From: Promethearchaeota archaeon
GTDB taxonomy: Archaea; Asgardarchaeota; Lokiarchaeia; Sigyniarchaeales; SOKP01
Length of the DNA: 64,000 nucleotides
Assembly (NCBI GenBank): GCA_016840085.1
Contig: JAEOTA010000014.1
Span: 1-64,000, forward strand
Direction: 5' to 3'
Shown here: one piece after another, positions 33,095-42,899 of the stretch
Numbering within the stretch: position 1 is the first letter of the stretch
Layout of the letters: the number at the start of each line of letters is the position of its first letter
Position numbers and translations under genes: made by a program
Notes under the pieces: generated by a model
What the model was told of the DNA's origin: nothing
The model's input: the letters and a program-made list of their open reading frames with translations, nothing else
Database searches by the model: none

Positions 33095-33778
33095 ATGAAA
33101 CTTAATAATTGGAAAAAATGGGTGTACATATTCCATATGATTGGATGTGCCCAATTTATATTATTTACAGTCTTGGGGATGGTGTTTTATACAGGAGGTA
33201 CTTATAATAACCCTACTACTCCGGGTTATTCTTTTTTTGCAAACTTTATTAGCGATATAGGTCGAACTGTATCACATTCAGGAGAATCAAATTTTATTGC
33301 TTTTCTTTTCTTTAGTATAGCATTTTTCATAGTTGGCATCTCATTAATGCCCTCATTTTTAGCATTTCCAATTTTCTTTAAAAAAGAACATCGATTAAAA
33401 TGGATTAGCAATATAGGATCTATTTTTGGAATTTTCACTGCTTTTTGTTTTGCAGGAATTACTTTTGCTCCGTCTGATATAAATCCTGCAGGACATATCT
33501 TTTTTGTTTATGGAGGTTTTCTTTCAGGGCTGGTACCGTCAATCTTATTTACAATCATCATTTTTCTTAAAAAAGAATATCCTTCACGATATGCTTTTAA
33601 CTTTATGATATTTGCAATAATTCTAGTTGGATATGTAATACTATTATTTGCTGGTCCTGATAATTTGGTAATCCAAGTAACGGGGCAAAAAATTGTACTA
33701 TATAGTTTTGCTATATGCTTATTCATCCATGGATATGGTACATGGAAGTTTGAAAAAGAAAGAATTACTAAAGAATAA
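33095..33778 (+). CDS. Multi-pass membrane protein (DUF998-like)
   Basis: About six TM segments, YSFFANFISDIG motif. Confidence 0.7.
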   Translation: MKLNNWKKWVYIFHMIGCAQFILFTVLGMVFYTGGTYNNPTTPGYSFFANFISDIGRTVSHSGESNFIAFLFFSIAFFIVGISLMPSFLAFPIFFKKEHRLKWISNIGSIFGIFTAFCFAGITFAPSDINPAGHIFFVYGGFLSGLVPSILFTIIIFLKKEYPSRYAFNFMIFAIILVGYVILLFAGPDNLVIQVTGQKIVLYSFAICLFIHGYGTWKFEKERITKE

Positions 33779-33798
33779 CAGGAAATAGCTTTTTTTAT

Positions 33799-35358
33799 TT
33801 ATTCATATTCTATTGTACTTGGTGGTTTATTAGATATATCATAGACAACACGATTAATGCCTTTTACTTCATTAATAATTCGAGTTCCAATTTTTTCTAA
33901 TAGATCCATATCAAGTTTAGCGAAATTAGCAGTCATGACATCGAGAGATTCGACTGCTCTAATGGCACATATATACTCATAAGTCCTATAATCTCCCATA
34001 GTGCCTACAGTTTTTAAGGGGAGAAATACGCAAAATGCTTGCCATAAACTCTCATATACCCCCGCATTCTTTATTTCTTCGATCAAAATCTCATCTGCAT
34101 CTCTTAATATCTCGAGCTTTTCCTTATCTATTGGACCAATAATTCTAACTGCTAACCCAGGTCCAGGGAACGGATGTCTTGTGATAATTTCTTTAGGAAC
34201 ACCCAATTTCATACCAATTCTTCTAACTTCATCTTTATATAAATCTTTCAATGGTTCGATAATTTCCAACTTCATATTATCTGGGAGAGTTAAGTTATGG
34301 TGTGATTTTATTTTTGCAGAAGCTTTACTTGTGGCACTAGTTTCTACGCGATCAGGATAAATAGTGCCTTGGGCTAGATACTTAATGTCGGGATACGTTT
34401 TTTCAAGTTCAATAGTTTTATGTTCAAAAACTTCAATAAATGAATGACCAATAATTCTACGTTTTTCCTCTGGATCTTCAATATCTTTAAGTCTTTCTAA
34501 AAACAAATTTTCAGCATCCACATAATGGAAGTTCTTAAAATTTAGTTTGCTTTCAAATGTATTCTGGACATCAATATGTTCATTTTTTCTTAGAAGACCA
34601 TTATTTACAAAAATAGAATGTAGTCTATCTCCGATTGCTTTATGTATTAAAATTGCTGTTACTGAGGAATCTATGCCCCCACTTAACCCTAAGATTACTC
34701 TATTATCTGAACCTACTTCATTTATAATGTTTTCAATTGTTTGTTCAATCCAATTTTCCATTTTCCATTCTTTTTTACAATTGGCAATTTTAAAGATGAA
34801 ATTCTCAAGAATTATATTTCCTTTAGGAGTATTTACTACTTCAGGATGAAATTGGACCCCAAATAACATTTTTTCTTCATTCCCATAAGCAGCAATAGGG
34901 CAAGTTTCTGTTTTAGCATAAATTTTGAATCCATTAGCCATTTTTGTAATTTGATCTCCATGAGACATCCATACAATCTCTTCCTTTCCTAATGTATCAA
35001 ATAATAAATTTTCTCCCAGAATTTTTAAATTAACTTTCCCATATTCTTTTTTTTGCTTCTGTTCTACTTTTCCTCCTAAAATTTGCATAATTACATGATG
35101 CCCATAACAAATTCCTAAAACTGGAATTTTATTATCAAATGTAAACTTAAAAAAGTCTTTAGATAAATTTGGACTGTTATCTTCATAGACACTACTAGGT
35201 CCACCTGAAAGGATTATAGCTTTTGGTTTAGTTTCCTTAATTTTCTTATAGTTGATATCAAAAGGTAAAATTTCAGCGTACACACCTAAATCTCTAACTC
35301 GTCTGGTAATTAAATGAGTATACTGCCCACCAAAATCTATAATGAGAACATTATCCAT
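33799..35358 (-). CDS. guaA: GMP synthase (glutamine-hydrolysing), fused form
   Basis: DFGGQY, GICYG, QFHPEV, SGGIDS, IKSHHN, HPFPGPGL, KPPSTIEYE. Confidence 0.98.
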   Translation of the reverse strand: MDNVLIIDFGGQYTHLITRRVRDLGVYAEILPFDINYKKIKETKPKAIILSGGPSSVYEDNSPNLSKDFFKFTFDNKIPVLGICYGHHVIMQILGGKVEQKQKKEYGKVNLKILGENLLFDTLGKEEIVWMSHGDQITKMANGFKIYAKTETCPIAAYGNEEKMLFGVQFHPEVVNTPKGNIILENFIFKIANCKKEWKMENWIEQTIENIINEVGSDNRVILGLSGGIDSSVTAILIHKAIGDRLHSIFVNNGLLRKNEHIDVQNTFESKLNFKNFHYVDAENLFLERLKDIEDPEEKRRIIGHSFIEVFEHKTIELEKTYPDIKYLAQGTIYPDRVETSATSKASAKIKSHHNLTLPDNMKLEIIEPLKDLYKDEVRRIGMKLGVPKEIITRHPFPGPGLAVRIIGPIDKEKLEILRDADEILIEEIKNAGVYESLWQAFCVFLPLKTVGTMGDYRTYEYICAIRAVESLDVMTANFAKLDMDLLEKIGTRIINEVKGINRVVYDISNKPPSTIEYE

Positions 35359-35588
35359 AATATTTACAAGTTTTTTTATCCGATTTGAAAATTAAGCAAG
35401 ATAAATAATTATTTAATTGAAAGTTTTTTTAGGTTTAATATTTAATAAGCAATCTAAAAAAAATAATTTTTCCAAATAATCATATACTTTTTCTAAGCTA
35501 AAATCTTAAATAATTTGGATATTTAAAAATGATTAAATATATCAGAATACATAGAATGTGATTTTATTTATTCGCAACGCTAAAATTG

Positions 35589-35610
35589 GGGAACTAATTC
35601 CCGTGACCAT
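35589..35610. promoter_or_regulatory. GGGA-N6-TCCC palindrome with adjacent GTGACCAT box upstream of sudB
   Basis: GGGAACTAATTCCC followed by GTGACCATTAT; both motifs also occur upstream of the glutamate synthase operon. Confidence 0.45.
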
Positions 35611-35716
35611 TATATTTAATAATTCAATTTTTTTAAATTGAAATATCCCTTCAGTTATATGATAAATCTGTTAAAAGTTATTTATTAATTCAAATTTAAA
35701 TTTAAGATGATTAATA

Positions 35717-36595
35717 ATGCCATATAAAATATTAAAAAAAATTCGACTTGGCAATAGTGGTACTTTATATGAAATTGATATCGATGCTCCATTAATTGCT
35801 ATGAAAGCATTTGCAGGCAATTTTGTATTAATTCGAATTAATGAGAAAGGCGAAAGAATCCCTCTAACCATAGCAGATTATGATAGAGAAATGGGAATTA
35901 TTACAATTGTTTTTCAAGTCGTTGGAAAATCTACATTATTACTTTCTCATCAAAACGTCGGTGATGAAATCTTAGATGTTGTTGGACCATTGGGGAACAA
36001 GCTCCATATTGAAAAGTATGACAATCCAATAATTATAATTGGTGGTGGTGTTGGTATTGCTTCTTGTTTTCCTCAAGCAAAGGAATTGAAGCAAGCAAGT
36101 AATAGGATCATTTCGATATTAGGGGCTAGAACTAAAGATCTTTTGTTTTGGAAAGATAAAATGGCTAAAGTTTGTGAACAAGTAATTATCTGTACTAATG
36201 ATGGAAGTGAAGGCATAAAAGGATTTGTGACATATCCCCTAAGAAAAATACTCACAGAAGAAAAAATAAGTTTAGTTATTGCTATTGGTCCTATGATAAT
36301 GATGAAAAACGTTGCAGAACTAACAAGTGGTATTGAAGGGTTACCAAAAGTAAAGACTAATGTATCACTAAATACTATAATGATAGATGGTACAGGCATG
36401 TGTGGAGGGTGTCGATTCCCTTCAAAAGATGGAGAGATCCATTTTGCTTGTGTTGAAGGTCCAGATGTTGATGGGCATATAGTTGATTTTGATATTCTGT
36501 TAAACAGAGAAAAGAGATTTACGGAGCATGAAAAAAAATCTTTTGAATTATATAAAAAAGAATGTAAAATCCTAAAAGAATTTGAAACTAATTAA
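35717..36595 (+). CDS. sudB: Sulfide dehydrogenase / NfnA-type FAD-2Fe2S subunit
   Basis: GERIPLTIAD, GGGVG, IMIDGTGMCGGCR, FACVEGP. Confidence 0.9.
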   Translation: MPYKILKKIRLGNSGTLYEIDIDAPLIAMKAFAGNFVLIRINEKGERIPLTIADYDREMGIITIVFQVVGKSTLLLSHQNVGDEILDVVGPLGNKLHIEKYDNPIIIIGGGVGIASCFPQAKELKQASNRIISILGARTKDLLFWKDKMAKVCEQVIICTNDGSEGIKGFVTYPLRKILTEEKISLVIAIGPMIMMKNVAELTSGIEGLPKVKTNVSLNTIMIDGTGMCGGCRFPSKDGEIHFACVEGPDVDGHIVDFDILLNREKRFTEHEKKSFELYKKECKILKEFETN

Positions 36596-36615
36596 AAATC
36601 TAAAAAGGGACTTCT

Positions 36616-38010
36616 ATGGCAAAAATACCACCAAGACAAAAAATGAGGGAGCAAAACCCTAATAGTAGAATATATAATTTTCAAGAAGTTGCACAGGGCT
36701 TCACTAAAGAAATGGCTATAAAAGAAGCTGAGAGATGTCTACAATGTGATGAACCTAAGTGTATAAATGGATGTCCTGTTAATATTGATATTCCAAAATT
36801 CATTAGACTCATTAAAGAAAATGATTATTTAGAAGCAATTCGGAGCATTAAAGAATACAATATATTACCTGCTATATGTGGTAGAGTCTGTCCTCAAGAA
36901 ATTCAGTGTGAGAAAGCATGTATTCTTAGTAAAAAGTGGGACCCGGTTGCGATCGGGGCTCTTGAGAGATTTTTAGCAGATTGGGAAAGAAAAAATCAAT
37001 TAAAAGAATGTCCCGATTGTGAGGTTCCAAATCATATTAAAGTTGCTGTTATTGGTTCAGGTCCCGCAAGTTTAACTTGTGCTGCAGACCTCGCTAAATA
37101 TGGATTTGATGTAACCATCTTTGAAGCATTTCACACAGGTGGAGGTGTTTTAGTTTATGGTATTCCAGAATTTAGGCTCCCCAAAGAAATTGTTGAGAAT
37201 GAGATAGAAACCTTGAAAATGTTAGGTGTAAAAATTGAATATAACATTATTATTGGCAAAACTTTAACTATTAATGATTTAAAGAATATGGGTTTTATGG
37301 CTATTTTTATAGGTGTAGGGGCGGGTGTACCTTTAATACCCAAGATCCCTGGATTAAATCTAAATAGTGTTCTTACTGCAAATGAGTTTCTTACTAGAAC
37401 AAATTTAATGAAAGCCTATAAATTTCCAGAATATGACACCCCTATAAAAATTGGAAAAATTGTTATTGTTGTCGGTGGTGGAAATACAGCTTTGGATTCT
37501 GCACGTGTTGCCCTAAGACTTGGTGCTGAAAAAGTAATAATAGCATATAGAAGAAGTGAAGCTGAAATGCCCGCAAGAAAGGAAGAATATCACCATGCTG
37601 TAGAAGAAGGGATAGAATTCAAATTTTTAACCAATCCTGTAAAAATTTTAGGAGATAAAGACAGCAATGTGAAAGAAATTGAATTTATTAAAATGGAATT
37701 AGGAGAATATGATGAATCTGGACGGCGAAGACCTATTCCTATAGAGAATTCAGAATTCAAAATAAAATGTGATACAGTGATTTTAGCGATTGGTGCCCTC
37801 GCAAATCCAATACTAATAAAATCTATTCCCGAAATAAAATTAAATAAAAGGGGCTATATCCAAGTGGATGAAAACGGAATGACTAATATAGAAGGTATTT
37901 TTGCGGGGGGAGATATTGTATCAGGATCAGCAACTGTCATAAGTGCTATGGGTGCTGGACGTAAAGCAGCTGAGGCAATAAATCGATATTTAAAGTCGAG
38001 TTTAGAATAA
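36616..38010 (+). CDS. sudA: NADPH-dependent GltD-like SudA/NfnB subunit
   Basis: EAERCLQC, GCPV, CGRVCPQE.QCE, GSGPA, GGGNTA, AGGD. Confidence 0.92.
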   Translation: MAKIPPRQKMREQNPNSRIYNFQEVAQGFTKEMAIKEAERCLQCDEPKCINGCPVNIDIPKFIRLIKENDYLEAIRSIKEYNILPAICGRVCPQEIQCEKACILSKKWDPVAIGALERFLADWERKNQLKECPDCEVPNHIKVAVIGSGPASLTCAADLAKYGFDVTIFEAFHTGGGVLVYGIPEFRLPKEIVENEIETLKMLGVKIEYNIIIGKTLTINDLKNMGFMAIFIGVGAGVPLIPKIPGLNLNSVLTANEFLTRTNLMKAYKFPEYDTPIKIGKIVIVVGGGNTALDSARVALRLGAEKVIIAYRRSEAEMPARKEEYHHAVEEGIEFKFLTNPVKILGDKDSNVKEIEFIKMELGEYDESGRRRPIPIENSEFKIKCDTVILAIGALANPILIKSIPEIKLNKRGYIQVDENGMTNIEGIFAGGDIVSGSATVISAMGAGRKAAEAINRYLKSSLE

Positions 38011-38142
38011 AATTCTTTCAGTAGACCTAGACTTTTTTATTTTTGATAAGACATAACTATTTATATTGTGAATAAAATTGAAATTTATTTAGATTGTTTA
38101 TATAAATATTAGGTTTATTGAAAAAAGACTAATATATGTGAG

Positions 38143-39399
38143 ATGAAGATGACTGAAGAATTAGATCCTTTTAAGATTTCTCAAAAACAACTGTATAAAG
38201 CCTGCACGGTTAGTGGATGTGGAAGTGAAGTGTATACTGCCTTGAGTGAACCCGAAAGATTTATTGAAGTAAAAATCCTTATGAAAATGGACGATGGTTC
38301 ATTAAAAGCTTTTAAAGGTTTTAGATCTCAATATAATTCCGCTAGAGGACCTATGAAAGGTGGTATCAGATGGCATCCTGATGAAAGCGCGTCTCTTGTG
38401 AAAGCATTATCTGCATGGATGACTTGGAAATGTGCGTGTGTAGACATTCCGTTAGGAGGCGCTAAGGGAGGCATAATTGTCAACCCGAAAGAAATGAGCG
38501 GTAGGGAACTTGAATCACTAGCTAGAAATTATATAAGGCAAATTGCAGATTTTATTGGACCGAATATTGATGTACCGGCTCCCGACGTTTACACTAATCC
38601 TCAGATCATGGCTTACATGATGGATGAGTACGAAAAAATCATGCGAGTGCATGCGCCCTCAGCTATTACGGGTAAACCTTTGCCGTTAGGTGGTAGTGCA
38701 GGCAGATTAATCGCTACAGCTAAAGGAGGTTCTTTCTGTATTAGAGAAGCGGCAAAAGACATCGGATTGAATCTAAATGAAGCGAAGGTCGTCATACAAG
38801 GATTTGGAAATGCAGGTTCGTGGGCTTCAAAAATTTTGATTCGGGATTTTAATTGTAAGGTAATTGCGGTATCTGATTCTAAGGGAGGAATATATAACAA
38901 AAATGGGCTTGATCCAAATAAAGTTATAGATCATAAAGAAAAAACATCTACAGTATTAGGTGTAAAAGAGACTCAAGAGATTACAAATGAAGAATTATTA
39001 GAATTAGAGTGTGATATATTAATTCCTGCCGCGTTAGAAAATGTTATTACGAAAAAAAACGTAAATAATGTACATTGTAAAATCCTCGCAGAACTTGCAA
39101 ATGGGCCAACTACGCCTGAGGCAGATGAGGTTTTATTTAATAATGGGATTCTCGTAATTCCTGATTTTTTATGTAATGCGGGAGGCGTTACTGTTTCATA
39201 TTTAGAAATGGTTCAAGGCTATTATCAATACTTTTGGTCTGAAGACGAGGTACTTGCAGCTTTAGATCGTACGATGACTAAAGCATACCATGAAACTGTT
39301 GAAAAAGCAAAAGAATATAATACTCACAACCGACTAGGTGCTTATACAATAGCAGTTGATAGAGTTATAAATGCTATGGAATTACGCGGTTGGATATAA
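38143..39399 (+). CDS. gdhA: Glutamate dehydrogenase (copy 1)
   Basis: KGGIR, MTWK, GGAKGG, PAPDV, QGFGNAG. Confidence 0.93.
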   Translation: MKMTEELDPFKISQKQLYKACTVSGCGSEVYTALSEPERFIEVKILMKMDDGSLKAFKGFRSQYNSARGPMKGGIRWHPDESASLVKALSAWMTWKCACVDIPLGGAKGGIIVNPKEMSGRELESLARNYIRQIADFIGPNIDVPAPDVYTNPQIMAYMMDEYEKIMRVHAPSAITGKPLPLGGSAGRLIATAKGGSFCIREAAKDIGLNLNEAKVVIQGFGNAGSWASKILIRDFNCKVIAVSDSKGGIYNKNGLDPNKVIDHKEKTSTVLGVKETQEITNEELLELECDILIPAALENVITKKNVNNVHCKILAELANGPTTPEADEVLFNNGILVIPDFLCNAGGVTVSYLEMVQGYYQYFWSEDEVLAALDRTMTKAYHETVEKAKEYNTHNRLGAYTIAVDRVINAMELRGWI

Positions 39400-39563
39400 T
39401 TAGAATAAAAATTGCTGAAAAATTTTTATAAATTTATAGGATTTATTAGACAAATTACTAATTTTTTATTACTATTTCTTAATATTATTAAAAAAAATTT
39501 AATTTTAAATATTTATCAAAATATTAGCTAATTATAATAGAAATAATTCGTGTTGTAAAAATT

Positions 39564-40817
39564 TTGATTGATATTAATCCGTTTGAAAGTGCTAAAAAGA
39601 AACTAGATATTGCTGCAAGATTAATAGATCTAAATTCAAACACTTTAGAATATCTAAAAAAAGTAGAGAGAGCATTAATCGTTTCTATTCCTATTCTTAT
39701 GGATGACGGTTCTCTTAAAATTTTTGAAGGATATAGGGTTCATCACTCAACCTTAAGAGGTCCAGCAAAAGGAGGTATAAGATATTCTCCAGATGTTACC
39801 CTTGACGAAATTAAAGCTTTAGCGTTTTTAATGACCTTTAAAACAAGTCTTTTAAACTTACCTTTTGGAGGTTCTAAAGGTGGTGTTTGTATAGATACTA
39901 AAAAATTTTCGAATAGTGAATTAGAAAAATTAACTAGAAGATATACTGCTGAGATTATTAATATGATTGGCCCCGATATAGATATTCCGGCACCAGATAT
40001 GTATACAGATTCAACAATTATGGCTTGGATCATGGATACATATAGTATGCAAAAAGGACGAACTATTCCGGGTGTGGTAACTGGTAAACCTATTGAAATT
40101 GGAGGTTCTGTAGGAAGAATTGAAGCCCCTGGAACAGGAATAACATATTTGCTAGATCACTTGTGTCAGAGATTAAATTATGATTTAACAAAAATGAAAG
40201 TTGTAATCCAAGGGTTTGGGAAAGTAGGATCTGTTGTTGCTAAGCAATTATGTACAACAAATTGTAATATAATTGCAGTTTCTGAAAAAGAGGGGGGAAT
40301 ATTTTCGCCGGATGGCTTAGATATTGACGATTTAATTTCATGGAAACAACAGGGAAATCTATTAAAAGATTATGAAGGAAAAAATATTAATCCAATAACT
40401 AATGATGACTTACTAAAAACTAAATGCGATGTTTTAATTCCTGCTGCTGTTGAAAATCAAATATATAGCAAAAATGCGGATAAAATCGATTGCAAAATTA
40501 TATTGGAGGGTGCAAATAGTCCAACAACATCCCAAGCAGATGCAATCTTGAATGAAAAAGGAGTAATTATCGTTCCAGATATTCTAGCAAATAGTGGGGG
40601 CGTATGTGTTTCATATTTTGAATATATACAAGACATCCACAGCTATTTTTGGGGATTAGATCGTGTTAATAGAGAAATGAAAAATATTCTCATTAAATCT
40701 TTTGAAGATGTCTATATAATTTCAAAGGAAATGCATACAACACTCAGAACAGCAGCATTTGCTATTGGAGCAAAAAGATTAGCGAAAGCACATGAATTAA
40801 GAGGTTTATTTCCATAA
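39564..40817 (+). CDS. Glutamate dehydrogenase-like (copy 2, divergent cofactor motifs)
   Basis: GGSKGG and PAPD present, but EAPG for the usual ATG, GFGKVG, AVSE and GANSPT. Confidence 0.88.
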   Translation: MIDINPFESAKKKLDIAARLIDLNSNTLEYLKKVERALIVSIPILMDDGSLKIFEGYRVHHSTLRGPAKGGIRYSPDVTLDEIKALAFLMTFKTSLLNLPFGGSKGGVCIDTKKFSNSELEKLTRRYTAEIINMIGPDIDIPAPDMYTDSTIMAWIMDTYSMQKGRTIPGVVTGKPIEIGGSVGRIEAPGTGITYLLDHLCQRLNYDLTKMKVVIQGFGKVGSVVAKQLCTTNCNIIAVSEKEGGIFSPDGLDIDDLISWKQQGNLLKDYEGKNINPITNDDLLKTKCDVLIPAAVENQIYSKNADKIDCKIILEGANSPTTSQADAILNEKGVIIVPDILANSGGVCVSYFEYIQDIHSYFWGLDRVNREMKNILIKSFEDVYIISKEMHTTLRTAAFAIGAKRLAKAHELRGLFP

Positions 40818-40968
40818 TCTTTTATAATCAAATCTTAAAGATTGATTAAATCTGTGATTTAAATAAATTTTAATATGATTAAAAAGGTATTTCAAAAAAA
40901 AATAAGTAAAGGTTACCAGAAAAAAAATCTAAAAATACAGTTTAAGAAATTGAATAATATTAAAAATA

Positions 40969-42234
40969 TTGGAGTTAAATAAGATGGAAATAAATCCTTT
41001 TGAAATAGTCCAAAAACAGATAGATGTAGTCTTAGAAGAAATAAGCTTAGATCCTAATACTGGTCAGTTTTTAAGAAGAATCGAGCGTTCATTAATAGTT
41101 TCGATCCCAATTATGATGGATGATGGGAAAATGAAAATTTTTGAAGGATATAGAGTACATCATTCTACAATACGAGGACCAGGAAAGGGAGGTATAAGAT
41201 ATTCTCCACATGTTAATCTCGATGAAGTAAAAGCTCTAGCAACTTGGATGACATGGAAAACAAGCCTTTTAAACTTACCTTTAGGAGGCGCTAAAGGAGG
41301 TATATGTGTGGATCCCATGAAATTATCTAAAAGAGAATTAGAAAGATTAACAAGAAGATATACAGCTGAAATAATTAATATTATTGGACCGGATATAGAT
41401 ATTCCTGCTCCTGATATGAATACTAATGCTCAAGTTATGGCATGGATTATGGATGTATATAGCATGCAAAAAGGAAGAACAATTCCAGGAGTTGTGACCG
41501 GAAAACCTATTGAAATAGGTGGATCTGTGGGTAGAGAAAGTGCTACGGGTATGGGTATGTTTTATGTGCTTCAAGCATCATGCAATAAATTAGATATTGA
41601 TTTAAAATCGATGAGGATTATAATTCAAGGATTTGGTAATGTTGGAGGTTGGATTGCTAATATATTATATGAAAATGGTAGTAAAATTCTTGCAGTTTCA
41701 GATATATCAGGCGGAATTTTTTCTGAAAATGGGCTTAATATTAAAGAATTATTAGAATGGAGAAACCAAGGAAAATTATTGAAAGATTTTCAAAAAAATA
41801 ATCATAAGCATATTACAAATGAAGAATTACTTACACAAGAGTGTGATGTTTTGATTCCAGCAGCCTTAGAGAATCAAATAACTGAAATTAATGCCGATAA
41901 AATAAATTGCAAGATTGTATTAGAAGGCGCAAACGGCCCTACAACTCCAGATGCGGATAAAATTCTCTATAATAAAGGAATCTATGTAATTCCTGATATT
42001 TTAGCTAATTCTGGTGGTGTTTGCGTATCTTATTTTGAATATATTCAAGATATTCATAGTTACTTTTGGGATTTAGACCGTGTGAATCAAGAACTTAAAA
42101 AGATCATTGTAGACGCATTTGAGAGCGTATATAGTGTCTCAAAAGAAAGAAATCTGCCCTTAAGGACAGCCGCTTATATAATTGCCCTTTCTCGTGTAGC
42201 AAAAGCCATTGAATTAAGAGGTATTTTTCCATAA
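40969..42234 (+). CDS. gdhA: Glutamate dehydrogenase (copy 3)
   Basis: GGAKGG, PAPDM, GRESATG, QGFGNVG. Confidence 0.92.
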   Translation: MELNKMEINPFEIVQKQIDVVLEEISLDPNTGQFLRRIERSLIVSIPIMMDDGKMKIFEGYRVHHSTIRGPGKGGIRYSPHVNLDEVKALATWMTWKTSLLNLPLGGAKGGICVDPMKLSKRELERLTRRYTAEIINIIGPDIDIPAPDMNTNAQVMAWIMDVYSMQKGRTIPGVVTGKPIEIGGSVGRESATGMGMFYVLQASCNKLDIDLKSMRIIIQGFGNVGGWIANILYENGSKILAVSDISGGIFSENGLNIKELLEWRNQGKLLKDFQKNNHKHITNEELLTQECDVLIPAALENQITEINADKINCKIVLEGANGPTTPDADKILYNKGIYVIPDILANSGGVCVSYFEYIQDIHSYFWDLDRVNQELKKIIVDAFESVYSVSKERNLPLRTAAYIIALSRVAKAIELRGIFP

Positions 42235-42311
42235 TTATAATTTCACTTTAGATTAAATTTAAAAATCTAATATATGATTATAAATCTAATTATAAAATTA
42301 AGATATTTAGA

Positions 42312-42839
42312 ATGGAATTATCCTTTAAAGTTATTATTGTTGGACCTGGTGCGGTTGGTAAAACAAGTTTACTAAACAGGTTTGTACATAACGAATTTAA
42401 TTTAAAATATAAATTAACTATTGGTGTTGATTTTTTAACTAAAAATTTAGAATATAAACCATCAAAATTTGCTAAACTCCAAATATGGGATATAGGAGGT
42501 CAAGAAAGATTCAAATTTTTACATCGTAGCTTTTATGATGGTGCTTTTGGTGCATTGCTTGTATTTGATCTTTCAAGACAACATACATTTTCACGTATGA
42601 AAATTTGGCTTTCAGAAATGCGTAGTATTGTTTTAAATGATATACCTAAAGTAATAATAGGGAATAAATCTGATTTAATTCCTGAAATTGGTCAGATTAT
42701 AGATCGGAATGAAGTAGAAAAATATGCAAAAAATGAAGGTTGTTTATATATTGAGACCTCAGCTAAAACGGGGGACAATGTTGAAAAAGCTTTTCTCGAA
42801 CTTACGAATCACATAGTAAAAAAGGAAGAGAAAAAATAA
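42312..42839 (+). CDS. Rab-like small GTPase
   Basis: GPGAVGKTS, TIGVDF, WDIGGQERF, NKSD, ETSAK; no C-terminal Cys prenylation motif. Confidence 0.95.
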   Translation: MELSFKVIIVGPGAVGKTSLLNRFVHNEFNLKYKLTIGVDFLTKNLEYKPSKFAKLQIWDIGGQERFKFLHRSFYDGAFGALLVFDLSRQHTFSRMKIWLSEMRSIVLNDIPKVIIGNKSDLIPEIGQIIDRNEVEKYAKNEGCLYIETSAKTGDNVEKAFLELTNHIVKKEEKK

Positions 42840-42899
42840 AGAGAAATGCGAAGTAATGCAAGGTAATTTTATTTTTTAATATCTTCTCTCTTTTATTTA

